Part shown: piece by piece, positions 39,660 to 52,730 of the stretch | Layout of the letters: every line of letters begins with the position of its first letter | How positions within the stretch are numbered: the stretch's first letter is position 1 | From: Octopus sinensis | Taxonomy: Eukaryota | DNA: 64,000 nt | Direction: 5' to 3' | Assembly (NCBI RefSeq): GCF_006345805.1 | Contig: NC_042998.1 | Coordinates: 156,240,001-156,304,000, forward strand | The notes under the pieces: generated by a model | The model's database searches: none | Seen by the model: the letters and a program-made list of their open reading frames with translations, nothing else | What the model was told of the DNA's origin: nothing | Program-made: the position numbers and the translations under genes

Positions 39660-39880
39660 GCCGAACTAATCGATTTGTCTTTATTCTAACACAATTTTTT
39701 GTCACACCACTAAGTTAACAAACCAACATCTGTTGTCAAACCGTCTACCAAATTCCTTCAAAAGGTTTTGGTTATCCTGGAACAATAGCAGAAGGCACTT
39801 GCTCAAGGTGATGCGTAGTGGACCTGAATGTGGAGCCATGTGTTTGGGAAGTAAACTTTTTACGACACAACCACACCTGA
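39660..39880 (-). mobile_element. SINE family A, decayed
   Basis: ccgtctaccaaattcc, cacttgctcaaggtgatgcgtagtgg and ccatgtgtttgggaag motifs. Confidence 0.7.
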
Positions 39881-42800
39881 TTCATCACGCAATACGAATA
39901 AACATACCTGTAAGACTACTCTGGATTTCGTTGTCTTACCGCTTTCCTCCAAACCTCCAGTCACCACTCGCTCTTCTTTTCTTTTGGAACTGAATACTTT
40001 CAACCCACAAATGTTACTTTGACTGTCAGCAACTTTAGTTTTGATGAAGATGTAACAAAATAAAGCTTAAAGATAAAAATTGAGGGAGAAAAATTGCTAA
40101 TGCAAAAAACAAGACAACATCGTTGAAACATGATTACAAAAAAGGCACTTGATTATATTCCCAATTCATGATTACTGCAGTAATTGCAGTAACTGCAATT
40201 ACTGCACTTGGCGAATGTACCTGCTGTTCTTGTTGATATTATGGAAAAGGTGATAAATGTTTGTCAGCAAACTTCACATTGCTGGAAGCAGAAAGATTCT
40301 GTCTGCCGTTATAAATCTTTCAAAAGGAATATTACAAGGACACTTTCTGTAGCTCTGTCTAGGCAGCATCAAAATACATATTTAACAAAAAAAAAAAAAA
40401 AAGATGCTAAAGCCCCAAGATGCAACTGTGGAGAATAATACACATGATTGGCAGCTGCTCAAAATATTATTATATATATCACCTTCCAATTCGGCATAAC
40501 TTTGCTTAAACAATGTACCGTGTCAACCGTACAAAAGACTGCCCTGGACTGAATATACTAAATGTTTATGATCTTGAATACATACACATATTTCAACAAA
40601 GGAAATATTGACAAAACATTTCCATCAAATTTTCCAAATGAAAACATAACAAGCTTGATATTCTATTTGTGACAGAAAGGAAAATTTATATATATTTACA
40701 GAGCTCAATTTCTTTACAAATTTGAGTATTTATTTCAGAATCAGTGCGGATAATATTTATGGACGTTTACTGTGAGACCTGCAACTTCTCATTTCTTATC
40801 ATAAATTGATATTTGTCCGTACAATATTGGTACCATTGGCTATGTTACTTTAATGCGTAAACTTTGAAAAGTTGAGCTTTCAGGCAATGAAACAGATAAA
40901 CTAGCACGCACTTTGCCAAAATAGTCTACAAAGGAAATAGTAAAAATATATATAACTCTTCACGCATATTGTTACCTAAATTCCAGCTTCAATAGAACAT
41001 ATAACTAAGCTAAACGTTACCTTCTTACCTCATTACCTCATTATCTCATCTTTGTCGTCATCACAAACGAAAGTCCCTATTTTTCTAATACTCCAAAGTT
41101 AATTAAAAGGTATTAGTTTTTGTCTATGACTAATGATATTTCATTGGTAAGATAAATTACCCTTCAGTAAGAAAAACGCAATCGAAGCTGTGACTCATTA
41201 AAGATCTTTCATTAAAATTACGTGGCTTTTGTTGTTGAAGTGTTTAGCGTGAAGAGAGTAAGGAGAGTGTGATACATCTACTAAGTGAATGATGACATAA
41301 ACAGTTATCTCTGTTAAGTATTTTTCCCAATTATGCAGTCTAATAAGGTTAAAATTTGCACTCTAGTGGAATACACGTCACACTAAGAATATAGCCCTAT
41401 GTCTAAAGCATAAGAAAGCGGATGGTTAAGTCGATAGGATGATGTGTCTTGACAGCAGTGGTATTTTATGCATCTAGTGCAGACGTTGTCATAGTTTCTT
41501 GTTAAAAGTTGACAGTTTGCAACTTAAACACTCGTTCTAAAAAATTTTTAAGAAAAATATACTGATAAACCAGTAGATTTATGTATTTATGGCACATTAT
41601 TTCAATGATAAAAATGACATCCAGTAGATTTCCTCCACTTAGCTATAAATAGGAGAAGAACATATAAGGGGGAAAATACAAGTGCTTTGTCAGAACAAAG
41701 TAGTCACAATGCTTAATAAATTGGACAGTAGAAATGGTCGAAACAACAAAAATGGTGTCTCGTTGTTCATATTTCACTGGGGTTAGCATTGCTTTTCATT
41801 GCTCTCGCGTTAATGCATTAGTTAAACGCATTACATACGTTTAACAAAATGAAACAATACTGTATTCTTAACTATATTCATAAAAGATGTTTAATGCAAC
41901 GTTAGTTGTTCCTGACTTTCCCAAAAGAACTGGGGGGTGAATGAAATGTAATAGTTATAACCATAACGACTCGAAAACTCGGGTTAAATTACTGCTCGTT
42001 GAAAGCTTAGCTCTCGACGATTACGAACGAGCTATACTTTTATCTTATTTCATTGTAAACTAGAAAAATAATCTGACAAACATTAGTAAAGTGAATTTCA
42101 GCTATATCAGTGAAAATATAAAAATTTATTTCCTATTTTTTTCTTCTAATGGCATGTTTCTTTGAAGAACATATGTTTCACAGAATTAACAACTCACAGT
42201 GCAGAAGTGAACCATTGCCCTTTAAATTAAAATTGTGAACATTAAACCAAGTAATGAATTTTCAACGAAGCAAAGAGCTAAAAACAACTAACGGTTATTA
42301 GGATGTCAGCCACAACTCAAAGTTGTGGTTGACATTATCAATAAGCTGTCGAATAAAGGTTGTCTGTTCGTACCTCGTTTTCGTCGATAGAATCTCGTAC
42401 TGAACGAAGTAGGCTAAAGAACGTAACCTGTCATTCTACTGCAGATTAGATCAAGTCTTCTAATGAGCAAGGAGATAGAAATCGGAAGCTGCACAATAAT
42501 TAACGGTTTCAATCTACATTACTAAAGGGTATTTACCTGCTGAATGAGAAACGATGTATTTAATATGGAAAGGTGTATTTAATGTGGGATAACACATCTG
42601 TTACCGTGTACTCAGTTGACCAAGGATTGGAATCCCATGGCAAGGCCGAGCGACTCGATCGAAGATTCAGATCTAAACTGAGTAGCGGACCATCTTAATG
42701 CTATCAGCTCCCAACCCATTCCTTTTAATAAAGAACTCTTCAATTGAAACCACTTCACCCCGTTAATAGCCTTGGTGAAAGAATAAACGTCACAACATGC

Positions 42801-44524
42801 CATTTCCTTTCTATTATATATTAAAGAGTTTGTTTTGCTTTATTTTTTCTTTTCAGCACGCTAAATGAATTCGATTTTCAGCTGTTGTGAGACAAATAGC
42901 AAATCCGAAGAGAAATATAGCAATAAGATGTAAGAAAAAAAAAAACAGTATTTTATGTGGCAATATCATCAAAAGATGAAATCAACCGGAAAATTCAAAT
43001 TTAGCAACGGGAAAAGATGTAGACAATTATGTACAAGTAGTTAAGATAGTGTTGACATATTTATTGTAGTAAGCAACAGAAATAAGTTATTAGAAAATTG
43101 ATAATCAGTCTTGTTATTTTAATCGTAACCGGTTGCGCTGTTAAAAGACAGGGGAAATAAGTAGGACACTATACTGATGTACATGCTAAATTTGTTTTAG
43201 CATAGACTGCTTGTTACTGCTGGATGTATCAACATTGATAATTTCAGCGCGATGTAGTCTGACGAATAAAATGATGCGGGTAAGTTTGTCGAATTAAAAC
43301 TAATAACGATGTACGAAAGTGCTGCTTACTATTTGATTGATAATTGGAAGAAAAGATATCACCAGCTTATAGAGCTCTATCACTGTCACCTATAAAATCT
43401 TTTGTCATTCTCACTGCGATGAGCTTACTTATTCTGTACAAAGTTGTTGCTCTCTTTCAAACACAACAAATGAAAGTTGACACCCCAGCTGAAAGAGGGA
43501 GGCCTCTGTGGAGTTTGGTGCCAAGCTGTGACTGTTCTTAATGTGGTGACATTTCTTTTTGATAACATTTTCGACGTTGAGATGTTAGAGTTGTATGCAA
43601 GCGGCTGCTGGTCTTCCTTAAAATACCTTGTCCAAGCCTGCGCATACAACTATACCCTAATTTTATGTAAAAATTCGCTAACTTGCGTAACGACTTGACT
43701 TCTTTACTTGGCGTGCACTTCTTCAATATTTTGAACAGGTTTGCAAATTTTGTAAACGCAAACATAAATCTAAAAGAAAAAAGCGAAATAAAAAGAAAAA
43801 TGACAACACTTATATATGCAAACACAGACATTTAAATACGTAGGGGGAAAATAACTCTTTTATCAAATGAATTTTGTTTTTTCTTGTTCATATTTCCTGT
43901 CGAGATGTAATTCTGAATATAAGCCAACTCTCAGGAAAACATGGATGTGAGACAAGAATGTCGTGAAATTTTCTGAAATAGCCTGAAAATTTTAGTCGAT
44001 TGAAAGTCCAACTGTTACACACGTCACAATAAAATTCACTCGAGGTTTTCTGCTCGGAGGAGAAGGGCTAGAGTGAATAAAAGAGAGCAGTGGACAACAA
44101 CGGAGACAGTAGCAGCAACAACAACAGGGAGAAAAAACGGTTATTTCCAGACCACAACTGATCCCAAGTTCGAGGATTGTGAAAAAAAAAAATTGTTTTT
44201 TAAATTAATTTTGTCTCCGGCAGCATCTAACGACCAGGAAGCGGAAAGCCCCCACTTCTCTCTCAGCCATTCCACCTTACTGTCATATGATGATAAGGAG
44301 CGAATGATGAAGTGGTTGGCATGCTTTAGCTAACAGCAAAAAGTAAAAAAAAAAAAATGCTGGAACTAGAAAAATGAATCGAAACAAAGGTGGTTGTCCA
44401 AAGATGCACTGGGACGAGCCAACTCCCTTCTCAGACGGCGAATAATATACGGCTGTTCACATAACAACCGACTGACTGACTTATCTGCTGAACGACTAGG
44501 AGGACAGCGATGGAAGCACTGTCT

Positions 44525-44790
44525 TAGTTCAAATTTCACCAAAGCAGACTTTGCCTTTCATCCTTACGAGATCGTGAGGTCGGTAATATAAAGTACACTT
44601 ATTCCGCCGAAGTCGACTTTACCTTTCATCTTTTGGGGGTCGATAAATTAAGTACCAGTTGTGTATTGGGTCGATCTAATCGACTGCCCCCCCCCAAAAA
44701 AAAAAATTCCGGGCCTTGTGCCTAGAGTAAAAAAGAATATAAGGTACACTTACCGCCTCCAAATTTTTGGCTTTATGCCTATGTAAGAAA
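44525..44790 (+). mobile_element. Tandem SINE family B fragments
   Basis: Two gacttt.cctttcatc units followed by a ggccttgtgcctagagta tail. Confidence 0.7.
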
Positions 44791-45098
44791 TTGTTATCAC
44801 TTTTAAAGTTCTATTCATATTTCTTATTCTGGTACTATATTAAATACAGAACAGTATGAGCTCACTTTTAGGTTTATAGGAGTAAAGTAGGTTATTGGAT
44901 TAGTCTTTATTGTTGTCACATTATAAGCAATAAAACTATGATTAGGTTAGCAATAACTATGATGATCACATAAAATACAATTTGTATTTTATTGTTATGT
45001 ACAAGATGGCCTCCTAGAAAAAAAAACTCTTCAAATGAATTCTCATAATTATTTTATGCACTAACATACATACATACATACATACATACATACATACA

Positions 45099-45716
45099 CG
45101 GTACTACCTCCCTATGCGACACGATGTTGATGCTAAAGCAATTTACAATATCATCCGCAAAAATGACTGTCCTGAAATAAACTTAGAAAATCCCTCTATT
45201 ATGGAATACATTCATTAACACCAACTCAAGGAATGCTGGTGGAATATTCCCATCAAAACTTCTGTCAAATGTAAACATAACAGGCCGGTTATTGTTGTTT
45301 GGGACCGAGGGGCAAAGGTATGTACCATCATAGAGGTCAGCTGCCCTGCAGATATGAATATCTCTTTAAAAATCAAAGAAAAAGAGGATATCTATGGACG
45401 ACTGCTTTGAAAACCCCAGTTTCTATATCAAGACTATGAATTCATACTCAAACCAATAATAATTGGGGCAGTAGATTTTGTTAATAAATCAGGAGAATCT
45501 GGATAAACTGAGATTTTCAGAAGGAGAAACTGACCGGCTGATTCGTACATTACAAGTGCAATCTGTGGGTGGAACAGTAAAAATATGCAAGACTTTTCTT
45601 AAGTTCCAAATGTGACTTTGCCTATGTTAACTAAATCCCAATGATGGGGCCTTGTATCTTTGTTGGAAACCGGTCCATCCTCAGTAGAAGATTTATAGTA
45701 ATTAAAAAATAGAAGA
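45099..45716 (+). mobile_element. R4/Dong-like LINE 3' fragment flanked by (CATA)n
   Basis: RYYLPMRHD...KHNRP...IEVSCPADMN...EKEDIY; highly similar to 31650-32250; (CATA)n at 45065-45098 and 45719-45836. Confidence 0.92.
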
Positions 45717-46394
45717 GACATACATACATACATACATACATACATACATACATACATACATACATACATACATACATACATACATACATACATACATACA
45801 TACATACATACATACATACATACATACATACATACGTATTGTAAGGTATAAAGCATATATGAACAAGCGTGCAAATGCATACGTGAAGAAAGAAATAGAT
45901 TGATACAGGTATACATATATTTGTGTCTCTCAGTAGGTGTATGCATAATCTATATTTTGTGAATACTTTGAACTCCTTTTCTGAATCTATAGTTACATCA
46001 GTGGAATTTAAGTCAGCAAATTCTTTCGTGTTACATGTTCAACTCAAAAATGTCTTTGAAAAATATGCGATTGTTGATCTGCGAACTTTTGCAAATAGTT
46101 GTTTATTTTGTAACTAGCATACCCCTGTCATCAAGAATGCCGACAAGTTTATTAATGATAGAAAATGGCATTATCAACGCACTGAAAGAAACTACCAATA
46201 AATGTCAGCAATCTAGTAAATATATGTATATACACAGAATTGAAGCACGTGAAGAATCAAATACGGTTGTAAAGTATCGGTTGAAAATATCGGTGACATG
46301 TGCATATACGTATATACTATGTGTAAAAGTATTTAAGTATATATGCGCGTCCGTGATGTCATTCCTACCATATTTTGTCGTCATTTTTATTCTT

Positions 46395-46520
46395 GCTGTT
46401 GCAGCTGTTGTTACTGTTTCTGATGTTGTTGTTGCTGCTGCCGCAGTTGTTGTGTGTATTGGTATTCTCCTTCTTATAAAGGCTGCCCTTACTATTGTTC
46501 TCATTGCCGTTACCATTACT
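46395..46520. repeat. (GTT/GCT)-rich trinucleotide tract
   Basis: Direct inspection. Confidence 0.75.
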
Positions 46521-47645
46521 GTTCTTGTTGTTTTCAGTCAATAAATAACTGTCATTAATGAGCATTAGTGTGCCATCATACACAAGTGACATCGCCCTGC
46601 AGTTGATTATATCAACCAGAACTTGGCTAATGTACTTAATATTTTGTTTCAGAAATATAGCCATTTAATCAAAACCTTTGTTGTGTAATCTGTTCTGCGA
46701 AAAGGAGCAGTTGAATAATCAATGTGGTTGTCAGTATTAGAGACAAGAACTTGGAGATTTTTGTTAGTTCTGTCATGTAACCTAATTAGCTCTGGAGATA
46801 GAACTTATGATTGTGCTATGTGTAGCAGTGACGGTTACAAAACTACAATTATTTTTGACAACACACAGTTTAGTTTTCTTCATGGTATGTAATGGTTTAT
46901 AAATTGTGCAAAAAACGTGGGAAAATGTGATTATTGAAAACTTGTTTTTGTGAAATAAATGGACTACTTGATCCTTGTGTTCTGTTACAAGCATTCGTAT
47001 CAATTCCTCGTCTTTCTCTTTATTTTTTTTTATAGACATCCTCTTTCACATGAAAGTCCAGATTTCTTTATAAAAGAAAACTTGACTACCATCAAAGCTT
47101 GTGGACAACTACCATTTTTGTCTACAACTGACCGCAGACACTCACATACATACACACATAAACATTTGCTCTACGGCGAAAAGATTTCCTCTTATTAATT
47201 CTTGGAGCCATTTGTATATTTATCGTATTTTCGTTATATCGCTTACATTTTCAGTTCTTTTATTGTTCTAATAGTTCCAAATTGGTCCTATTATTTTATG
47301 GCCTTTATTGTTCGCATTTTCACCTTCAGCCAAGCGTAAATTGTATCAAAAGGTTATATTTTGTTCATAACAATTTCCCCTCTCTCCCCACTATTCGTTA
47401 GTTTGCTCTATTGGTTATTTTCAATTATTCTCTTGCAGATTAACGACTAGGAGATTACAGAACTCATATATCTCCTTCTCTGCTTATTTCTTACATCATT
47501 GTTTCCACTTTTTTTCCTGTTACATTGTGTTGACCATTTTCAGAAATTATTTTTCTTTAGCTCATTATCCCAATTTTCCATATTTTATGTTACTGATTAC
47601 TTTTTTTTTTTTTTCAATATTTGGTATCCTCATAACCTGATTGTG

Positions 47646-47968
47646 AAGTCACATGGCTCAGTGGTTAGAGCGTAGAAATTACGATCGTGAGGTTGTGAGT
47701 TCGAATCCCGGACTGGAATGTGTGTTGTGTTCTTGAGCAAAACACTTTATTTCACGTTGCTCCAGTTCACTCATCTGTAGAAATGAGTTGCGACGTCTAA
47801 GGTGCCAAGCTGTATCGGCCCTTGCCTTTCCCTTGGATGACATCGGTGGCGTGGAGATATGCATGGCGACTACTGGTCTTCCATAAACAACCTTGCTCGG
47901 ACTTGTGCCTGGGAGGGTAACTTTCTAGGTGCAAACCCATGGTCAGTCATGACCGAAGGGGGTCTCAG
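47646..47968 (+). mobile_element. Full-length SINE family C
   Basis: tggctcagtggttagagc A box, gagttcgaatccc B box, body shared with 12953. Confidence 0.85.
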
Positions 47969-48862
47969 CATAAACTGATTTCAGTTTTAATGAAAGTGTA
48001 TAAACATTACCACAGCTGTTTCACCTTGACTTTTATTGCTGTTAGTAAGTCTTTCTTGGTTCATTCGGCTGTTTTATTTTGGTTATTTCTTTAAAGATAT
48101 ATAAAAAAAGAAATTAATGCATGATTCTAACAGTTTTTCACTGAGATCTCTGTTCCTGTCTTTCTTTCTATATCTCTCTTTTTCACCTCTCATTTTTTCT
48201 CTCTCTGTCAGTATTTATTTCATTTCTTTATGCACTAGAATTTATTTTAACGACAATAAAAGACTGAAATCAAATACTGTGAGACCATTTAGTCCGGTAC
48301 TCTGCTGCCGCTGTCAATTCAGTGCCCATCCTTTAGGTACTATATAGTAGAGATCATTGTAAATAGGCATACATCTGGTAGTTTCAATTGAACCGTGAAC
48401 AAGAGAGCACAAACATAAAAGTCGATATAGTACTAGATAGCCAACCAAGCAATTCGAATCTGTAAGCCTACTCTGACATTATCCATGACCAAGATATTTA
48501 ATTCCAAACAGTGAAGCTGACCCAGCTTTAAATAGGTATTACAGTAAAAGTCCATTGCTGTTATCAACAACACTATATGAGGGATTTTTCTTTAACTAGC
48601 AGTACTGTGCACAAATAATCTTGTGGTATATCATCTCCAATAAAGCTATAAGATGTTATTCAGGCACTCGACTAAGAGTTCACTGCATCTTGTAGCAGGA
48701 ACAGTCGTAAGCTAATGATAGCATAACCATTGATCTTCCTGTGTCATCACTTTTTTTTAATCTTTTATTACTTCTCTATATTCATCTAACCCTTTTTTCT
48801 GAAACAAACGTATATTGATTTCTATGCCAGGTTATAAGTCTTGCAAATGCCTAAGCGAGTGT

Positions 48863-49110
48863 ATACAGGTGGCCCAATTTTCTCCCCGACAATGCATATC
48901 CTCACACTCCTCAATATTTTAAATAAGGAAAAGCAATAGAAAACTCCAGCTAAGTCACAAGTATTTACTCACAACCAACTTTTATTTCCTGTCTTACAAG
49001 TGTTCATTGTGGCCACCATCTGCAGTACAGGCAACATCAATGCGGTAAGAGAATTCCTCCCACGCGCGTATCACTAAGTACTTCTTTGGCTGTCTGTTTG
49101 AATGCTTTAT
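48863..49110 (-). mobile_element. Tc1/mariner-superfamily 3' fragment
   Basis: C-terminal peptide RAWEEFSYRIDVAC..DGGHNEHL* followed by a TA-flanked terminus (tacaggtggccc). Confidence 0.75.
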
Positions 49111-49449
49111 CGAAGTTTTTCCATTTTCCTTCTTTGTCAATATCTTCTGGAATCGCAAAGCAAATTTATTCTTTAGTTTCATAAGAATAGAAGGATAAAA
49201 TCACGTTAATGATTTTTATCAGGTAGTCAGCACGCAATAAAAATTTATAGATAATTTATACATTAAATTAATAATTATATATATATATTCTTTTATATGC
49301 TTCAGTCCAATTACTGTGGCCATGCTGGAGCATCGCCATTGTATATATGTATGTAATTATGCCGGGGCACTCAGACACTACCGAAAAACTCCAAAATATA
49401 CACAGGTTGTAGTCGGGCGAGTGAAAAAACATTAAAAGACTTCACGTTA

Positions 49450-49515
49450 ATTGTGAATTGGGCCCAATTTCTGGATTAAAGCCATAAAAGAGTTTTTTTC
49501 CTTCGTCAACACAAT
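49450..49515 (-). ncRNA. Type I hammerhead ribozyme motif (C3U variant)
   Basis: AUUGUG-UUGACGA-[A GG...CC A]-GAAA-UUGGGCCCAA-U-U-CACAAU; perfect 6-bp stem I; 12-nt palindromic stem III. Confidence 0.7.
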
Positions 49516-49746
49516 ACACGAGAAATATAAATACAAATAATTATACATACCCGAGTTTTTCGGTAGTATCTGTGTGCCCTGGCATTTTCAAGCATGTAGG
49601 AGGATAGGTCGTTTTTCGCCCTGCTCCCTGTGTATTTTCCGGTGGTTGCAATATCATAGCGGAGTACATAACTCTCATATCGCCGATGTTAAAATACCTT
49701 AGAGTTATGGACAGGCGAGATAACTCACACTCAATCCCATTTCGGA

Positions 49747-49793
49747 GTGATGGACATCGATGTTTCGCCATTTTTGTGGCTTGTCAGCATCAC
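49747..49793 (-). ncRNA. Type I hammerhead ribozyme motif (G8A variant)
   Basis: GUGAUG-CUGACAA-GCC acaaaaau GGC-GAAA-CAUCGAUG-U-C-CAUCAC; perfect 6-bp stem I; palindromic stem III; GUC triplet. Confidence 0.8.
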
Positions 49794-49964
49794 GTACCCA
49801 CCTGACATTGAAGGTGAATCACCTAGCTAGTCCACGAATTATATGCTCAAAGCTTGTAAAATCATGAGCTGATATGCTCGGAAATTGCATACCTAAGAGA
49901 AAATTTACATAAGAAGTAAAGAGTAGCTCTAGTATAATAAATACTATTAAATACATATACTAAT

Positions 49965-50300
49965 AGGGACAGGCACGGCTTCCCAACCACATGGTTCCGG
50001 GTTCAGACCCACTGCATGGCAGCTTGGGCAAGTGTCTTCTACTCGGACCGACCAAAGCCTTGTGAGTGGATTCGGTTGACGAAAACTGAAAAAAGCCCGT
50101 CGTGTATATATATGTATATATATTTGTGTTTGTGTGTCTGTGTCTGTCCCCCTCCCCGCCATCGCTTGAAAACCGATGTTGGTGTGTTTACGTTCCCAAA
50201 ATTTAACGGTTTGGCAAAAGAGGCCGATAGAATAAGTACTTGTCTCACAGAGAATGTTGCAGTCAAATGACTGAAACAAGTAATAGAATAAAAGAATAAT
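49965..50300 (+). mobile_element. SINE family A
   Basis: ccaaccacatggttccgggttcagaccc...ttgggcaagtgtcttc...gtcaaatgactgaaacaag. Confidence 0.85.
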
Positions 50301-50310
50301 GTATATGCTT

Positions 50311-50563
50311 TGTGCATTTTCCTGTGGTTGCAATAGCGTAGCGGAGTATATAACTTTCATGTCGCCGTTGTTAAAACACCTTAGAGTCATGGACAGGCGT
50401 GATGCTAACAAGCCACAAAAATGGCGAAACATCGCTGTCCATCACTTCCAAATGGGATTGAGGGTGTGTTATCTCGCCTGTCCGTGGCTGTAAGGTGTTT
50501 TAAGACCGGCGACATGAGAGTTATATACTCCGCTACACCCTTGCAGCCACCTAAAAATACACA
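50311..50563 (+). mobile_element. ORF-less foldback element carrying a hammerhead (family of 49625-49794)
   Basis: 89-bp inverted arms (50311-50399 and 50475-50563, ~84% by eye) around a 75-bp core with a hammerhead at 50399-50445 (core CUAACAA). Confidence 0.8.
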
Positions 50564-50899
50564 GAGCATATACATTAGTATATGTACTTAATAATATTTA
50601 TTACATTAGAGCTTCTTTTACTTTACATGTAAATATATATATGCATATATATATACATATATATATATACATATATATATATATGCATATATATTTATAC
50701 ATATATATATATATACATATGTACTTACACATACATACGTATACATACATGTGTGTGTGTGCGTGCGTGCATGTTTGCTCTTATCAAACTGTCTTATGGT
50801 ATGCAATTGCTCGAACGACTAGGCGTAACCCAAAGTTCGATTTTTTCAGTGATGAATCTATGAGGCGAAGTTTTACAGTTTGAACATGTTAAACACTCA

Positions 50900-52730
50900 C
50901 CGTTGTTTGTAGAGACTGATGGTGAGAGTTTCAATGTGTAAATGGTCTGTAGGTGTGATTTATATACAACCTGTGATGATGTATAGTTTGTTGTTTTGTG
51001 TACTTTGTAAGTTATTGTGATTTGTTGTAAACAGATTTGGATTCAGACTGAACCGGAAGAGATCATGTTATATATGTACATCATTGTTGCTTCTTTTTGT
51101 TAGCTTAACATGGTATCTGTGATTGTTTTAAATATATGCATGCATCTTTTTTACTTTTGCTTTGTTATCTGTGTATGATATGAATACTGTGGGCGAGTTG
51201 TATATGACTCCTATTAATTTTGTCGTTTTTGTCAATAAATTTCATGTTGAATGTGGTAATTGTTTTGGAACCGAGTTTTCCCTGTGATTTAAGAAGGGTT
51301 GGATTAGTTGTGAAGTAGTGCTTGAAAAATGGTGGGAGAATATGTGATATTATCTGTGTATGAGATAGTGTTGGAAGATCATGTAGTAACAGATTAAAAG
51401 AATTAGTGAATTGACGAATCCTTGTGGTATTCGGTTCAGAATATTGTTGGCTATAAATGTTATTCTTGAACTTTAGATATGCTTGGTAACCAGGCAGGTA
51501 GTTTACTTACCAGTGCTTTGTATCATTTCTGAAAATGATGAGTATTTTTGCACGAGTAATCATCAGGCAGTAGAGTCAAAAGCTTTGCCCAAGTCGATAA
51601 TAATATAAAAAAATTTATGGATGTTGGTTGAATGCTGTGATTTCAATCGTTGATGTAAATTTAAGAGGAGGATGTGTGGGCTTGTAGTGTTAAAAGTTAG
51701 ACATTTTAGAGTTTTGAGAGTGTGCATAGGATTGTGATGTGTCTGTAAGATGTTACGTCACTTAGGTTTTTGGAGCTTTAGAAATTGTGGCGATTTGCTC
51801 TGCACCCTTAGAATTTGCTAAGTCTTAGGTGTTTCAGGTATATATTTGTGATTTTGATTAACCCCAGGTTTATGAGGTTTTAGATTTCCCTATTGCTCTT
51901 TGGGTGGCAGATGGAAGATAGATGTTTAAAATTTAAAGTTTAAATCATGGTCCAGGTAGAAAACGTCTATTTTTTTGTTTCGTGTTCCTGTCTTCTTTGT
52001 GTGGGTTTTAGTAAATGCATTTCGAAAAATGTTTGACAATGATGTTTTCATATTGTTACTGTGTGGGTATGTTGTTATTTGGGGGTTGTTATTATATCAT
52101 TATGACGTAAATTGCGGTGTGGCTGTGGCTATTGTCGCTGATACTGCTTTGTAGTTTGCATTGAATATGATACTTGTTAGTTTTCTATTTTTCTATAGCA
52201 AGAAGTTTTTATTTTTGCTATATCTTTCTTTAGCTGTTTGAATTAAAGTTTTATTTATGATGTGTGTGTTGTTGGTGTATTGTGTTTGAGGCTGTCACAG
52301 ACTTTTATGAGGTTGTCTATTTTTAATTTGTAAGTTGTATTTTTTGTGTTGCTTTTCATGTTTTTAAATATATTTATAATTATCTTATTGAATGTATGTA
52401 CTGCAGTGCTTTTGGTGATTACGGTTGTTGAACTCTGAAAATCCCTTTCTGCTTCTCGGTGAAACTCGTTTTTAAGGATTATAAGTGTTATTGTGTTCTT
52501 CATTGATGTCCATTGCGTTGTGATAACTTTTGAGTAGTCTAAGATGGGGAATTATTTGCCGAATGGATCGGATAGCATGATGTGTAGAATAAAAAGTGAT
52601 GTTTGAGGAAAAGCTGTTGTAGCTGACTTGGTGAGGTGTATGTGTTTCTGTGGGTTGGTTAGAATGTAAAAAAATGTAGTTGTTTTGATATTAAGTCATA
52701 GTTTAGTTTTTTCAAATGTTATTGTTTTTA
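50900..52730 (-). mobile_element. Heavily decayed APE-type LINE (CR1/L2/Jockey-like)
   Basis: Minus-strand IDLGKAFDS (~51590), IPQG (~51425) and YTDNI (YADD-like, ~51350). Confidence 0.7.

Noticed and set aside
42612-42803. 63-aa minus-strand ORF (MACCDVYSF...) in unique sequence
   Set aside because: No recognisable homology and no good donor before the stop.
46035-46664. 169-aa and overlapping ORFs with VVAAAAVV or NNN runs
   Set aside because: Driven by a GTT/GCT trinucleotide tract; no domain recognised.
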